Assembly: GCA_965242635.1 (NCBI GenBank)
Contig: OZ251471.1
Span: forward strand, 1,332,322-1,396,321
Source: Bdellovibrionales bacterium
GTDB taxonomy: Bacteria; Bdellovibrionota; Bdellovibrionia; Bdellovibrionales; UBA1609
Direction of reading: 5' to 3'
DNA length: 64,000 bases
Shown: positions 10,075 to 18,399 of the stretch, piece after piece
How the letters are laid out: every line of letters begins with the position of its first letter
How positions within the stretch are numbered: position 1 is the first letter of the stretch
Program-made: the position numbers and the translations under genes
Notes under the pieces: generated by a model
Told to the model about the DNA's origin: nothing
The model's database searches: none
What the model saw: only the letters and a program-made list of their open reading frames with translations

Positions 10075-11106
10075 GTGTTTTTTATTCCTCGTGTTTTGGC
10101 TGATATGTTTAAGCTGTGGCCTGTCCTGTTTTTTACTTCCAGGGCTTTGGCCGGGTGGCTTCCGGTCCCGGCCACCAAGTGGGCGGAGGAGCTGGACAGG
10201 CTCACCTGGTTTTTGGTGTATATAAGTGCTCTGGCCTCTTTATTGGTCATTGCTGGCTTTATCTACTTTGCTTTTCGCTACCGCCGTCGCTCAGAGACAG
10301 ACAAAACCCCGGCCATAACCCATCATCACCTGCTGGAATTTCTTTGGAGCTTTATCCCTTTTGTGATCTTTATGTTTGTGTTTGCCTGGGGTTGGATTCT
10401 TTATGATAAAATGAGGGATCATCCCAAAGGGGCTTTGGAAGTGCATGTGTATGGGCAAATGTGGTTTTGGGATTTTATATACAAAAACGGCAAAACGAGT
10501 ACCGGGCTGTTAAAGGTGCCGGTGAACAGGCCCGTCAAGTTGATTATGAGCTCACGGGATGTGCTTCACAGTTTTTTTGTTCCCTCTTTTCGTATCAAGC
10601 AGGATGTGTTGCCGGGGGCTTACACCGCCCTCTCCTTTACAGCCAATAAAAAAGGAAAGTTTCCGGTGTTTTGCACAGAATTTTGTGGGGAGGGCCACTC
10701 GGCCATGTTGGCCAAAGTGCATGTCGTGGATCTCAAGGAATGGGAGGAGTGGTTGAGCGATAACCCCTATAAGGGCCTGGACCTGGCTGAGATAGGGCAA
10801 AAAGTGTTTCAGCAAAGGTGTTTGGCCTGCCACACAGCGACCACTGAAAAGCGGATTGGCCCAGGCTTTCAGGGTCTTTTTGGAGCCAAAAGAGAGTTTG
10901 AAAAAGGGGAAAGTGTAACAGCCGATGAAAACTATATCCGGGAATCCATTTTAAACCCCTCGGCCCGCCTGGTGAAAGGCTTTGGGAATCTCATGACCCC
11001 TTTTGCGGGGCTTTTGACAGAGGAGGAAATGACCGGCCTGATAGAATATATCAAGACTTTAAAGCAGGAGCCTGACCAAGCCTTGACTGACAAAAAAGCC
11101 AGTTAA
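10075..11106 (+). CDS. coxB: Cytochrome c oxidase subunit II with fused cytochrome c
   Basis: Two TMs, WFWDFIY, DVLHSFFVP, CTEFCGEGHSAM CuA motif, CLACH heme motif. Confidence 0.96.
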   Translation: MFFIPRVLADMFKLWPVLFFTSRALAGWLPVPATKWAEELDRLTWFLVYISALASLLVIAGFIYFAFRYRRRSETDKTPAITHHHLLEFLWSFIPFVIFMFVFAWGWILYDKMRDHPKGALEVHVYGQMWFWDFIYKNGKTSTGLLKVPVNRPVKLIMSSRDVLHSFFVPSFRIKQDVLPGAYTALSFTANKKGKFPVFCTEFCGEGHSAMLAKVHVVDLKEWEEWLSDNPYKGLDLAEIGQKVFQQRCLACHTATTEKRIGPGFQGLFGAKREFEKGESVTADENYIRESILNPSARLVKGFGNLMTPFAGLLTEEEMTGLIEYIKTLKQEPDQALTDKKAS

Positions 11107-11138
11107 CCAAGCCGGGTCTCTTTGGAGCGAATCAGAAG

Positions 11139-11159
11139 GCGGGATCATACACTTCCCGC
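11139..11159. terminator. Possible hairpin between convergent coxB and RNA ligase
   Basis: gcggga-tcatacact-tcccgc stem-loop in the convergent gap; no strong U tract. Confidence 0.35.
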
Positions 11160-11190
11160 ATAAAATCCTCTGCTGATGAGCAGGTGTTTA

Positions 11191-12279
11191 TTATCGGTGT
11201 TCTGTACCTTTTTTACGGGTGAGATAAGCCCCGGACACAATTTTTCTTAAGAGTCTCTCCCCTTTGGCATTTCGTCCCTCCTGGGGTGCACGAAGCACCA
11301 CACCCTCTCGAATATGGTCCACACCCTCCACGGCTGTTGGGCCATCGGCCAGCTCGTTGGCCCGCTCGATTTCATCGGGGCCGGGGCAGGGGGTTTCACC
11401 CAATAAAGGCACGGCCTTAAGGCCAAAGCCTTGGGCCAAAGCCTGAACCTCCTTAAAGTCCTCATACTCCCAGGGGCTTTCCTCTTTGTGTTTGACTATC
11501 ACTTCAAAAAGATAAAAGACCGGCCTTTGGTGGCCGTATTGCAGATCCTGCACTTTTGGCCCCACAATCTCGCCTATCACTCCAAAAGCCAGGGCCTCTG
11601 GCCACCGGTTTTTAAGGGTCGTTTTTATGGAGGGGAGGTGGGAACGCAAAGTGCGGTGATACACATTTTTTTCATTTTCTTTTAAGGCCATGTCTTTGGC
11701 AGAAAGCCCTTTTGAGGAGATAATCACCTCCTCCCCATAAAAGACCAGCATGGAAAGTGTGCCATGCAGTTTTTCGGTAATCAGCACAGGTGTGCCAGGT
11801 GGAATGGCCTCTGGATCAGACTTCCAGTTTTCCACATCATAGCGGGGGAGCCTCAGAGGGCTGGCATACATTTCCCCCGACATGTGCAAAGGGATCGGTG
11901 GTTCATACTTGATCACACCCAAAAATTTTGTTACATCCTCCCCCAACTCACATTCCTTTTGTTCCTCTGTTTCCGGATGGGTGAGACGGCCCTCTTTCAA
12001 GGGCAAAACCAGGCCTTGAGACAAGATCCCCCTCAGTTTTATGGCCTTGACCCTGTTTTTTTTGGAGCCGGCAAGCCTCCCCTCCACCCCCAACTTTTTT
12101 TGCAGGGGCAAAGAGACAAGAGCCTGTTCAGGGATATAAGCCACCTGTTCACCTGCCTGATGCTGGTCTTTTCCCACCACGATCTGCCAGCCTCCAATGC
12201 GAGCCACATCAAGGCGATCGGCATTGGGGTGTGCGGACACTTCATCCAGTTTTTGCACAGTAACCTTGAAATCGGCCAT
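11191..12279 (-). CDS. ATP-dependent RNA ligase, DRB0094 family
   Basis: N-terminal HPNADRL...VVGK...YIPE OB-like module, RLAGSKKNRVKAIKLRGILSQG, motif I ITEKLHGT, REGVVLR, C-terminal K..S..YL. Confidence 0.88.
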   Translation of the reverse strand: MADFKVTVQKLDEVSAHPNADRLDVARIGGWQIVVGKDQHQAGEQVAYIPEQALVSLPLQKKLGVEGRLAGSKKNRVKAIKLRGILSQGLVLPLKEGRLTHPETEEQKECELGEDVTKFLGVIKYEPPIPLHMSGEMYASPLRLPRYDVENWKSDPEAIPPGTPVLITEKLHGTLSMLVFYGEEVIISSKGLSAKDMALKENEKNVYHRTLRSHLPSIKTTLKNRWPEALAFGVIGEIVGPKVQDLQYGHQRPVFYLFEVIVKHKEESPWEYEDFKEVQALAQGFGLKAVPLLGETPCPGPDEIERANELADGPTAVEGVDHIREGVVLRAPQEGRNAKGERLLRKIVSGAYLTRKKGTEHR

Positions 12280-12364
12280 AATACCCTCCTTTGTTTGTAA
12301 ATTATACGGATTGGTTTTATTCTTTCACAATCAAGAGCTTTTATCAAGCAAAAACCAAGTTGGT

Positions 12365-12787
12365 TTAAAAAGGGCTGATGTGGTCTGAATTCTCCGGCAA
12401 CAAATCCATAAGATCCGGTTCTCTCTCCTTTATCTGGCTTAAGAGCCGGTAAAGCTTTTGTTCATTTTTGTAAAGGGCTTTTTGTATCAGGCTTTTTTCC
12501 GCCTGCCATTTGGCCACCTGTGCTGAGAGGGGCCGGGGCTCCCCACCGGATCCTCTGTTTTCCGGGAACAAAGCTTTTTGCTGAGGTGAGAGCCGGGTCT
12601 TGCTCTCTTTCAGGAGAGGCCTTACAAGCTGATAAAGTTTCTCTCTCTTTTGCCTCTCATCCCTTAAGCTGGTTTCCAGTTGGTTAAGACGGGTCACAAG
12701 GGCCGTCCAGGATTTGAGAGACACAACAAGCCTTTGTGGGTTTTCTGTGGAAGGGGGAAAAAGCTGATCCATGATTTTTCGGGCCAT
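12365..12787 (-). CDS. Hypothetical coiled-coil protein
   Basis: 140-aa ORF with heptad-like segments, same strand as the RNA ligase. Confidence 0.6.
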   Translation of the reverse strand: MARKIMDQLFPPSTENPQRLVVSLKSWTALVTRLNQLETSLRDERQKREKLYQLVRPLLKESKTRLSPQQKALFPENRGSGGEPRPLSAQVAKWQAEKSLIQKALYKNEQKLYRLLSQIKEREPDLMDLLPENSDHISPF

Positions 12788-12886
12788 GTGTTTTTGCCTT
12801 TTGGTTTGGTTTATAGCACTTTTTTGGGCCTCCCAAGGGCCATAAAAATTGTTGCTCTTTTTTTAACAGCTGTTATAGTGCCTTTT

Positions 12887-13861
12887 ATGTCCTCTGTCAC
12901 CCTTTTTAAATCTTATTTAAAGGAAAAAGCAAGGGAAAAGGAGCTTTTGAGCCTTTACCACCACCTTTGTTTTTTCTGTGAGGGGGAAAAAGAGCTGACC
13001 AGGAGCCTGATACAGGCTTTTTACAGGAAAGCCCTGCTTTTTCCCCACTGGCAAAGCCGTCTGTCTTTTTTGAGAGCCCGGCTGACAGAGGCTTTACTGA
13101 GCTTTTCTGAGGCCACCGGCCCTTTGGGTTTTGATCCCAAAAAAGAACCTCCCGCCGATCAGTGGCAGTGGATACGAGTAAAGCATGAGCGGGATCGCCT
13201 GAATATGGTTCGCCGGCACCTGAAAAGCCGAAAAGCACCGGAAGAAAGAGTTCAGGTTTTGCCAATGGAGGGGGATAAGGTTTTGGGCCTCCTTTTAAAG
13301 CCGAAAGCCGGACTTCAGGCTTTTGTCTTTGGCCCACTGGCCCTGATAGAGCAGGGTCAAATCGAGCCTCTAAGCCCTCTTTCCGTGCTGAATTACAATG
13401 CTCAATACGAGCTTTGCTCCGATGTCAGGCAGACACTGGAGATGGAGGAGGGGCATTTTGTTCATTTTCAGGTTCAGAGGGAAAAAGCCACAGGCCAGAG
13501 CATTCTGGGCCCGGCTTTTCAGCCCCTGAAGGAGTTTCAGCAAAAGCGGATCAGTGATCTTGTTTTTCTTTTTCTGCCTTTGAAAAGGCTGGAAAGCCTT
13601 TTTATTGAGCCATCCAGTGATCCGCACTACCAGGGGCTTTTGCGTTCTCTCAACCAAAGCTACCACCAATTGTTGACTTGCCCTGAGGAAAGCTCTTTAA
13701 AAGCTGAGTTGGCTTTGTTTCAGGCTCAAAAAGCCCTTAAAAACCTTTATCCCCATGACCCTCTTTTGCTTTTGCTCACAGCCAATATTGAATTTCATCT
13801 TAGGAAACACAAAAGAGCTTATGCGGATTCCGGCTCTCCTCCCTCCCCTTTGGAATTATGA
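12887..13861 (+). CDS. Hypothetical protein
   Basis: Long ORF overlapping the next start (ATGA); start chosen at ATG 12887 to avoid overlap with the divergent gene. Confidence 0.6.
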   Translation: MSSVTLFKSYLKEKAREKELLSLYHHLCFFCEGEKELTRSLIQAFYRKALLFPHWQSRLSFLRARLTEALLSFSEATGPLGFDPKKEPPADQWQWIRVKHERDRLNMVRRHLKSRKAPEERVQVLPMEGDKVLGLLLKPKAGLQAFVFGPLALIEQGQIEPLSPLSVLNYNAQYELCSDVRQTLEMEEGHFVHFQVQREKATGQSILGPAFQPLKEFQQKRISDLVFLFLPLKRLESLFIEPSSDPHYQGLLRSLNQSYHQLLTCPEESSLKAELALFQAQKALKNLYPHDPLLLLLTANIEFHLRKHKRAYADSGSPPSPLEL

Positions 13862-14583
13862 AAAGATCATGGCGTCTTGTGCATTTTTTGTCTTCGGCTC
13901 CGGGTGGGGTGTCCCGTCGAAAGGCCTTTCAGCTCATCAAAGAGGGTCAGGTGGAGGTGAATGGCCACCCGGAGCGTAATCCCTCCCGGAGGGTTTTTCC
14001 TCAAAAAGAGCTTGTTCGGTTTAAAGGCCAGGCATTAAAACCGGAAGGGCAGAAATGGCATATTGCCTTTAACAAACCTAAAAAGGTGCTGACCTCTTTA
14101 AGTGATCCCAAGGGCCGGGTCTGTGTGTCGTCTTATTTTCCCAAGGTCCGGGAGAGGCTTTTTCCTGTGGGCCGGCTGGACTGGGATTCTGAGGGACTGC
14201 TTCTCCTCACCAACGATGGCTCTTTTGCCAACAGGGTGTTGAGGGAAAAACCGCCCAAGACTTATATGGTCAAGTTACACCGTTCGGTGGATGAGGCCCG
14301 GCTCCACCGCTTGAGAAAAGGGCTTGGGACGGAGGTGGGACACTTAAAGGCCCTTTATGCGGATTTTTGCCGGGGACGAAATCCATGCTGGGCGAAAGTC
14401 ATTATTGCCGAGGGCCGAAACCGTCAGGTGCACCGCATGTTTGAAAAAGTGGGGCTTAAAATCAAGGTCTTGAGGCGAGTGGCCATTGGCCGGTTAAAGC
14501 TTAAAAAGTTAAAACCCGGTGCTTTTTTTCTTCTCTCCTCTTTGGACAAAAAAAAGGTGTTTTCCCCGCCCCCGGAGCTTTAA
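13858..14583 (+). CDS. rRNA pseudouridine synthase, RsuA/RluB family
   Basis: S4 domain (SRRKAFQLIKEGQVEVNG), FNKPK, PVGRLDWDSEGLLLLTNDG, EGRNRQVHRMF. Confidence 0.93.
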   Translation: MKRSWRLVHFLSSAPGGVSRRKAFQLIKEGQVEVNGHPERNPSRRVFPQKELVRFKGQALKPEGQKWHIAFNKPKKVLTSLSDPKGRVCVSSYFPKVRERLFPVGRLDWDSEGLLLLTNDGSFANRVLREKPPKTYMVKLHRSVDEARLHRLRKGLGTEVGHLKALYADFCRGRNPCWAKVIIAEGRNRQVHRMFEKVGLKIKVLRRVAIGRLKLKKLKPGAFFLLSSLDKKKVFSPPPEL

Positions 14584-14634
14584 ATCAAATTGGCTTGAGG
14601 GTTCTGCGGGGCTTTTTGGGGGGGGGGGTGAGTT

Positions 14635-15648
14635 ATGGAAAAAAGTTATATTTTTGATTCTTCTGTTGATTTGGCCCGGGCCCGGCTGGTTCTTCTCTCT
14701 GTCCCCTGGTCGGTCACACAGTCGGGGGGTGGGGGAGCGGACAAAGGCCCTGAGATGATACAAAAGGTCTCTTCTCAGATGGATTTTTTTTCGTTGAGGG
14801 GAAAAGACGCACGAAAACAGGGTATTCACTTAAAACCTCCGCCGGATTTTTTGACAACACTTAACCGGAAAATGAGAGAAAAAGCTCTCCCCATTTTGGC
14901 TCTGGAGGAAAAGGCTCCTGGCCCCTTTTCCCCCTCTTTGACAGAGGAAATAAACCGGGCCTGCTCTCAAATGGTGGATTGGGTGTTTGAAGAGGCCAAA
15001 ACCCTTTATAAAAGAGGCAAAAAAATTGGGCTGATAGGGGGGGATCATTCTGTCTCTGAGGGGATTTTACGGTTTTTGGGGGAAGAGCATAAGGGGGACT
15101 TTGGTGTTTTGCATATAGATGCACATGCGGACTTGAGAAAAAGTTATCAGGGGTTTCGGCATTCTCATGCCAGTGTTATGTATAATGTGATGAATCAGGG
15201 CTTTCCCCCTTTGGCCTTGGTGCAGGTGGGGGTGAGGGATTTTTCTGAAGAGGAATATCAGCGAATAAAGTCCCACAAAAACATACACACTTTTTTTGAT
15301 GAGGAAATAAAAAGTCAAATGTTTAAAGGCCGGCCTTATGCCGATTTAGTGGATTCTGTTCTTTCTTACTTACCGGAAAAAGTGTATGTCTCTTTGGATG
15401 TGGATGGCCTCTGCCCCTCTCTTTTTCCTCAAACGGGCACTCCTGTGCCGGGGGGCTTGAGCTTTTCGGAGGTGGTTTTTTTGTTAAACAAGCTGAGGCA
15501 AAAGCATAAAGTTATTGGCTTTGATCTGGTGGAGGTGGCAGAGGGGGAGAGGGCAAAGGGGGAGCTGACAGAGCTTCAAGGTTTAAAGATGTCCCTGGAC
15601 GCCATAAACGGGGCTTATCTCCTCTATAAACTGTGTGAAATTATTTAG
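14635..15648 (+). CDS. speB: Agmatinase/arginase family ureohydrolase
   Basis: GGDHS, DAHADLR..HSHAS, DVDGLCP, GTPVPGGL metal-binding motifs. Confidence 0.85.
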   Translation: MEKSYIFDSSVDLARARLVLLSVPWSVTQSGGGGADKGPEMIQKVSSQMDFFSLRGKDARKQGIHLKPPPDFLTTLNRKMREKALPILALEEKAPGPFSPSLTEEINRACSQMVDWVFEEAKTLYKRGKKIGLIGGDHSVSEGILRFLGEEHKGDFGVLHIDAHADLRKSYQGFRHSHASVMYNVMNQGFPPLALVQVGVRDFSEEEYQRIKSHKNIHTFFDEEIKSQMFKGRPYADLVDSVLSYLPEKVYVSLDVDGLCPSLFPQTGTPVPGGLSFSEVVFLLNKLRQKHKVIGFDLVEVAEGERAKGELTELQGLKMSLDAINGAYLLYKLCEII

Positions 15649-15711
15649 CGGATTCTTTTTACCTCCTACAGCGGATTATCATGGCCAGCCACCTGAGTCA
15701 CCCGGTGGTGA

Positions 15712-16037
15712 CTAATACTGGCATCTAATACCCTTGGGGATGAGAGAAAATCCTTTACATTTGTCATGGGCTTCATCAATACAATCATTCATGCAACCTT
15801 TTGTCTGGAGAGCACTACATTCTGCCATACAATCCAACACATAGCGGGTTTCAGGACCTCTGGTCCGTCGTTTCATATACTCGTATTTATCAAGGCATTT
15901 TGTATCTCGTATACCACACCACCACATTCAGCACGAGCAAACTGTTCATAGTCCTCCACACCGGCCACAGCACGGTTGTTCAGCTCACTGGTCACACAGC
16001 CTGTCAAGATGAGACCAAGGAAAAGTATTGTTTTCAT
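15712..16037 (-). pseudogene. Probable frameshifted Cys-rich lipoprotein (54-aa ORF 16037-15873 plus 71-aa ORF 15927-15712)
   Basis: GGAGG RBS and MKTILFLGLILTGC lipobox ORF stops at 15873; an overlapping frame continues with CxxxC repeats. Confidence 0.5.
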
Positions 16038-16088
16038 AATGAACCCTCCAAGTTAAAAGGTTGTTGTTTTCATATATCCTGCCCTCTT

Positions 16089-16421
16089 TTACTTTTTTAC
16101 CACCTCTTTTATCCCTTTAAAGCCTTCTTTCATTTCTGACTTGAGATCATCGAATTTTTTGTTTGTGTCCTGTCTAAGTTCATCGAATTTTTTGTTTGTG
16201 TCCACTCTGAGATCATCTGTCTTTTTGTTTGTATCAGTGATATGGTTGTCCAGCTTCTCGTTTATATGTTTTAACTCACCTCTGATAATCTCCATATTGG
16301 CTTTATTCTCATATCTGAATTCCCTCCTCAAAAAGAAGAAAAACACAATAAAAGCAATGACCAGGATTAAAATGTTGGCAGTGGTTTGCTCGGATAAAAG
16401 GTTTATCAAAAAAGGCTTCAT
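16089..16421 (-). CDS. N-terminal TM / coiled-coil protein, NHITDTNK family copy A
   Basis: TM helix, LDNHITDTNKK core, three 33-nt (11-aa) repeats at 16147-16235. Confidence 0.8.
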   Translation of the reverse strand: MKPFLINLLSEQTTANILILVIAFIVFFFFLRREFRYENKANMEIIRGELKHINEKLDNHITDTNKKTDDLRVDTNKKFDELRQDTNKKFDDLKSEMKEGFKGIKEVVKK

Positions 16422-16427
16422 GCCCTC

Positions 16428-16455
16428 ATTATAGCAGAGGACCAAGTTTTGTCAA
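16428..16455 (-). promoter_or_regulatory. Sigma70-type promoter giving a leaderless transcript
   Basis: TTGACA-16nt-TATAAT-6nt-ATG(16421). Confidence 0.8.
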
Positions 16456-16594
16456 GATGTGTTGAAAAATAGCCAACCGGGGCATTTTAAGGCCTCTGTT
16501 TCGCCAAAAAGGGCCTGATGAGGCGGTAAAAAGGGCCTGACTGCCCATATTATGGAGCTGATCTCAAAGTCAGGTTTTTTTAAGGCTTAAAGGC

Positions 16595-16975
16595 TTAGCG
16601 GGCCTGCCTTTTGTTTATACTCTCCCGGATCTCCGCCCCTTCAATGCTGAGCGAGGTCCAGGGCAGGGCCATAAGCCTTTCCGGTTCAATATACTCGCCT
16701 GTCTCTTCACACACGCCATAACAGCCCTGCTCTATCCGGGCCAGAGCCATTTCCACAGCCATAAGCCGGCCGTTAATTCTCTCGTTTCTGTATAAAAACT
16801 CTTTTTCTTCCATAAGCCGGACAGTCTGATCCCCTTCATCCCCTTTTTGATCCTCTGCAAAAAGCATGTCGTGTCGTGCCTCCCGCACCTGATTAAGCAG
16901 GTCTGTTTTGGTTTTCAGCAGTTTTTGTTTGCATTGATCCAAAATTTTTTTTGGAATTTCGTTTGTGGACATCAT
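16595..16975 (-). CDS. dksA: DksA/TraR family transcription factor
   Basis: Coiled coil with GDEGD tip, ALARIEQGCYGVCEETGEYIEPERLMALP; AGGAGAGG RBS. Confidence 0.85.
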   Translation of the reverse strand: MMSTNEIPKKILDQCKQKLLKTKTDLLNQVREARHDMLFAEDQKGDEGDQTVRLMEEKEFLYRNERINGRLMAVEMALARIEQGCYGVCEETGEYIEPERLMALPWTSLSIEGAEIRESINKRQAR

Positions 16976-17188
16976 GGCACCTCTCCTTGGTTAAAGTCCC
17001 GGCCCTTCCTCCCGAAGGGCCTTGTTGGCTGGTTAAAGGTTTTTTAAGTTTGCCTTTAAAATCTTTAAAAGCAAAAAACTTTAAGGACTTAAAGCCTAAC
17101 AGGGGCCGGGCAATATGTCATGTGTTTATTTGGCCCTTTGAGCCATAAGCCCTTCTGCCTTTTGAATCGGTTTTTGGGGCTAAAACTT

Positions 17189-17337
17189 TAAAAATACTTT
17201 GAATTATTGGCTTTTTTGGCCAAAGAATCAGAGAAACAGTCAAAGACAAAAGAGCTAATCATGGAGTTTGGGATGGGAAAATTCTGGTCTTTGGTCTGTG
17301 CACTTTTAATCAGGAGGCCTTGTCTTCTGGTGCAAAA
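17189..17337 (+). repeat. Degenerate copy of the antiporter 5' region (18327-18476)
   Basis: Both begin taaaaatactttgaattat and end cttctggtgcaaaa, with shared internal blocks (aaagaatcag, tttgggatggg, tggtctttggtctgtg). Confidence 0.85.
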
Positions 17338-18173
17338 AACCACCCTTTTGTCCAGCCCTTTTTCAGCCTCTGGTTTGTTTTTTTGACAAAGGATGGGTTT
17401 TTTTCAAACCCTATGAATTTTCGGCCGGATTTCAGACAAACAGTGGGCACAGTCCCCACGCCACAAAAAGGATCCAAAACAATATCCCCTTTGTTGGAGC
17501 TGGCCCGGACAATTCTTTCTATCAACTTTTCCGGTTTTTGGACCGTGTTTAAAGCATGTCTATCCACCAGCTCTTTGGACTTGTAAGTCAGTTGTTTTAT
17601 ATCCCCCCACACATCGCCGGGGTTTTTTCCTTTTTCGTTAAATTGAGTCATGCCCCATTTCCCGTTTTTGACAGAGGGCACATTTTCGCATCTCTTTCTG
17701 TGTTCTATCTCCACCAGCTGAGGGACCCTGATATCGTTTAGGTTATAGGTTTTGGCACGTTCCCCTTTCACGAAATAACATATAATGTCATAGTTATTGG
17801 TCCAGTTAATCCGTCCCTGAGCCAGCCGGCTGGGCTGATACCACACAATTTTTCTTTTGAGATTGAGATAGGGTGTATAGTCTATAAAATCCACACAGTC
17901 CGGTTTTCCAAAGAGGTAAAGGCTCGCACCAGGGGCCATTTTTTTGGAGAGTATTTTGATAAGCTGAAGATTATATTCCTGGATATTGGCAATTTTATCC
18001 CATTTGTTGGCGGTGACCCCATAAGGCCCATCACAGATGATAAGGTCTATGGAGGCAGGCTCAACCTGATGTATCAGATCAAAAAAATCCCCGCATAGCA
18101 CCACCCCTGGACACCTGTTGGAATGGATGGTTGGCTTGGAGGAGGGGGATTTAAGCTGGCTCATCAGTATCAT
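17310..18173 (-). CDS. Orphan beta-class N4/N6 DNA methyltransferase
   Basis: IDLIICDGPYG (motif IV variant), KNPGDVW, QKPEKLIERIVRASSNKGDIVLDPFCGVGT (motif I), FIGFEKN; no endonuclease nearby. Confidence 0.9.
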   Translation of the reverse strand: MILMSQLKSPSSKPTIHSNRCPGVVLCGDFFDLIHQVEPASIDLIICDGPYGVTANKWDKIANIQEYNLQLIKILSKKMAPGASLYLFGKPDCVDFIDYTPYLNLKRKIVWYQPSRLAQGRINWTNNYDIICYFVKGERAKTYNLNDIRVPQLVEIEHRKRCENVPSVKNGKWGMTQFNEKGKNPGDVWGDIKQLTYKSKELVDRHALNTVQKPEKLIERIVRASSNKGDIVLDPFCGVGTVPTVCLKSGRKFIGFEKNPSFVKKTNQRLKKGWTKGWFFAPEDKAS

Positions 18174-18267
18174 GGTTTAAAAGCTCCTGCTAAGCTGATC
18201 CATCAGTATCATGGTTTAAAAGCTCCTGCTAAGCTGATCCATCAGTATCATGGTTTAAAAGCTCCTG
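18153..18267. repeat. 39-bp tandem repeat, about 3 copies, spanning the MTase RBS and start
   Basis: Unit aagctgatccatcagtatcatggtttaaaagctcctgct at 18153, 18192 and 18231. Confidence 0.95.
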
Positions 18268-18399
18268 TCTGGTTTAACCAAAAGCTCTGGTCTACTTATA
18301 ATCGGCGGGTTTTTAAGGGTCAAGTATAAAAATACTTTGAATTATCAGCCGATTTTGGCTAAAGAATCAGGGGAAACAGTAGCAGTAAAGGAGTTTGAC

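Noticed and set aside
18123-18329. ORF with KLIHQYHGLKAPA repeats, or a CRISPR reading of the 39-bp repeat
   Set aside because: Repeats are head-to-tail with no spacers; SD and start signals are on the opposite (MTase) strand.
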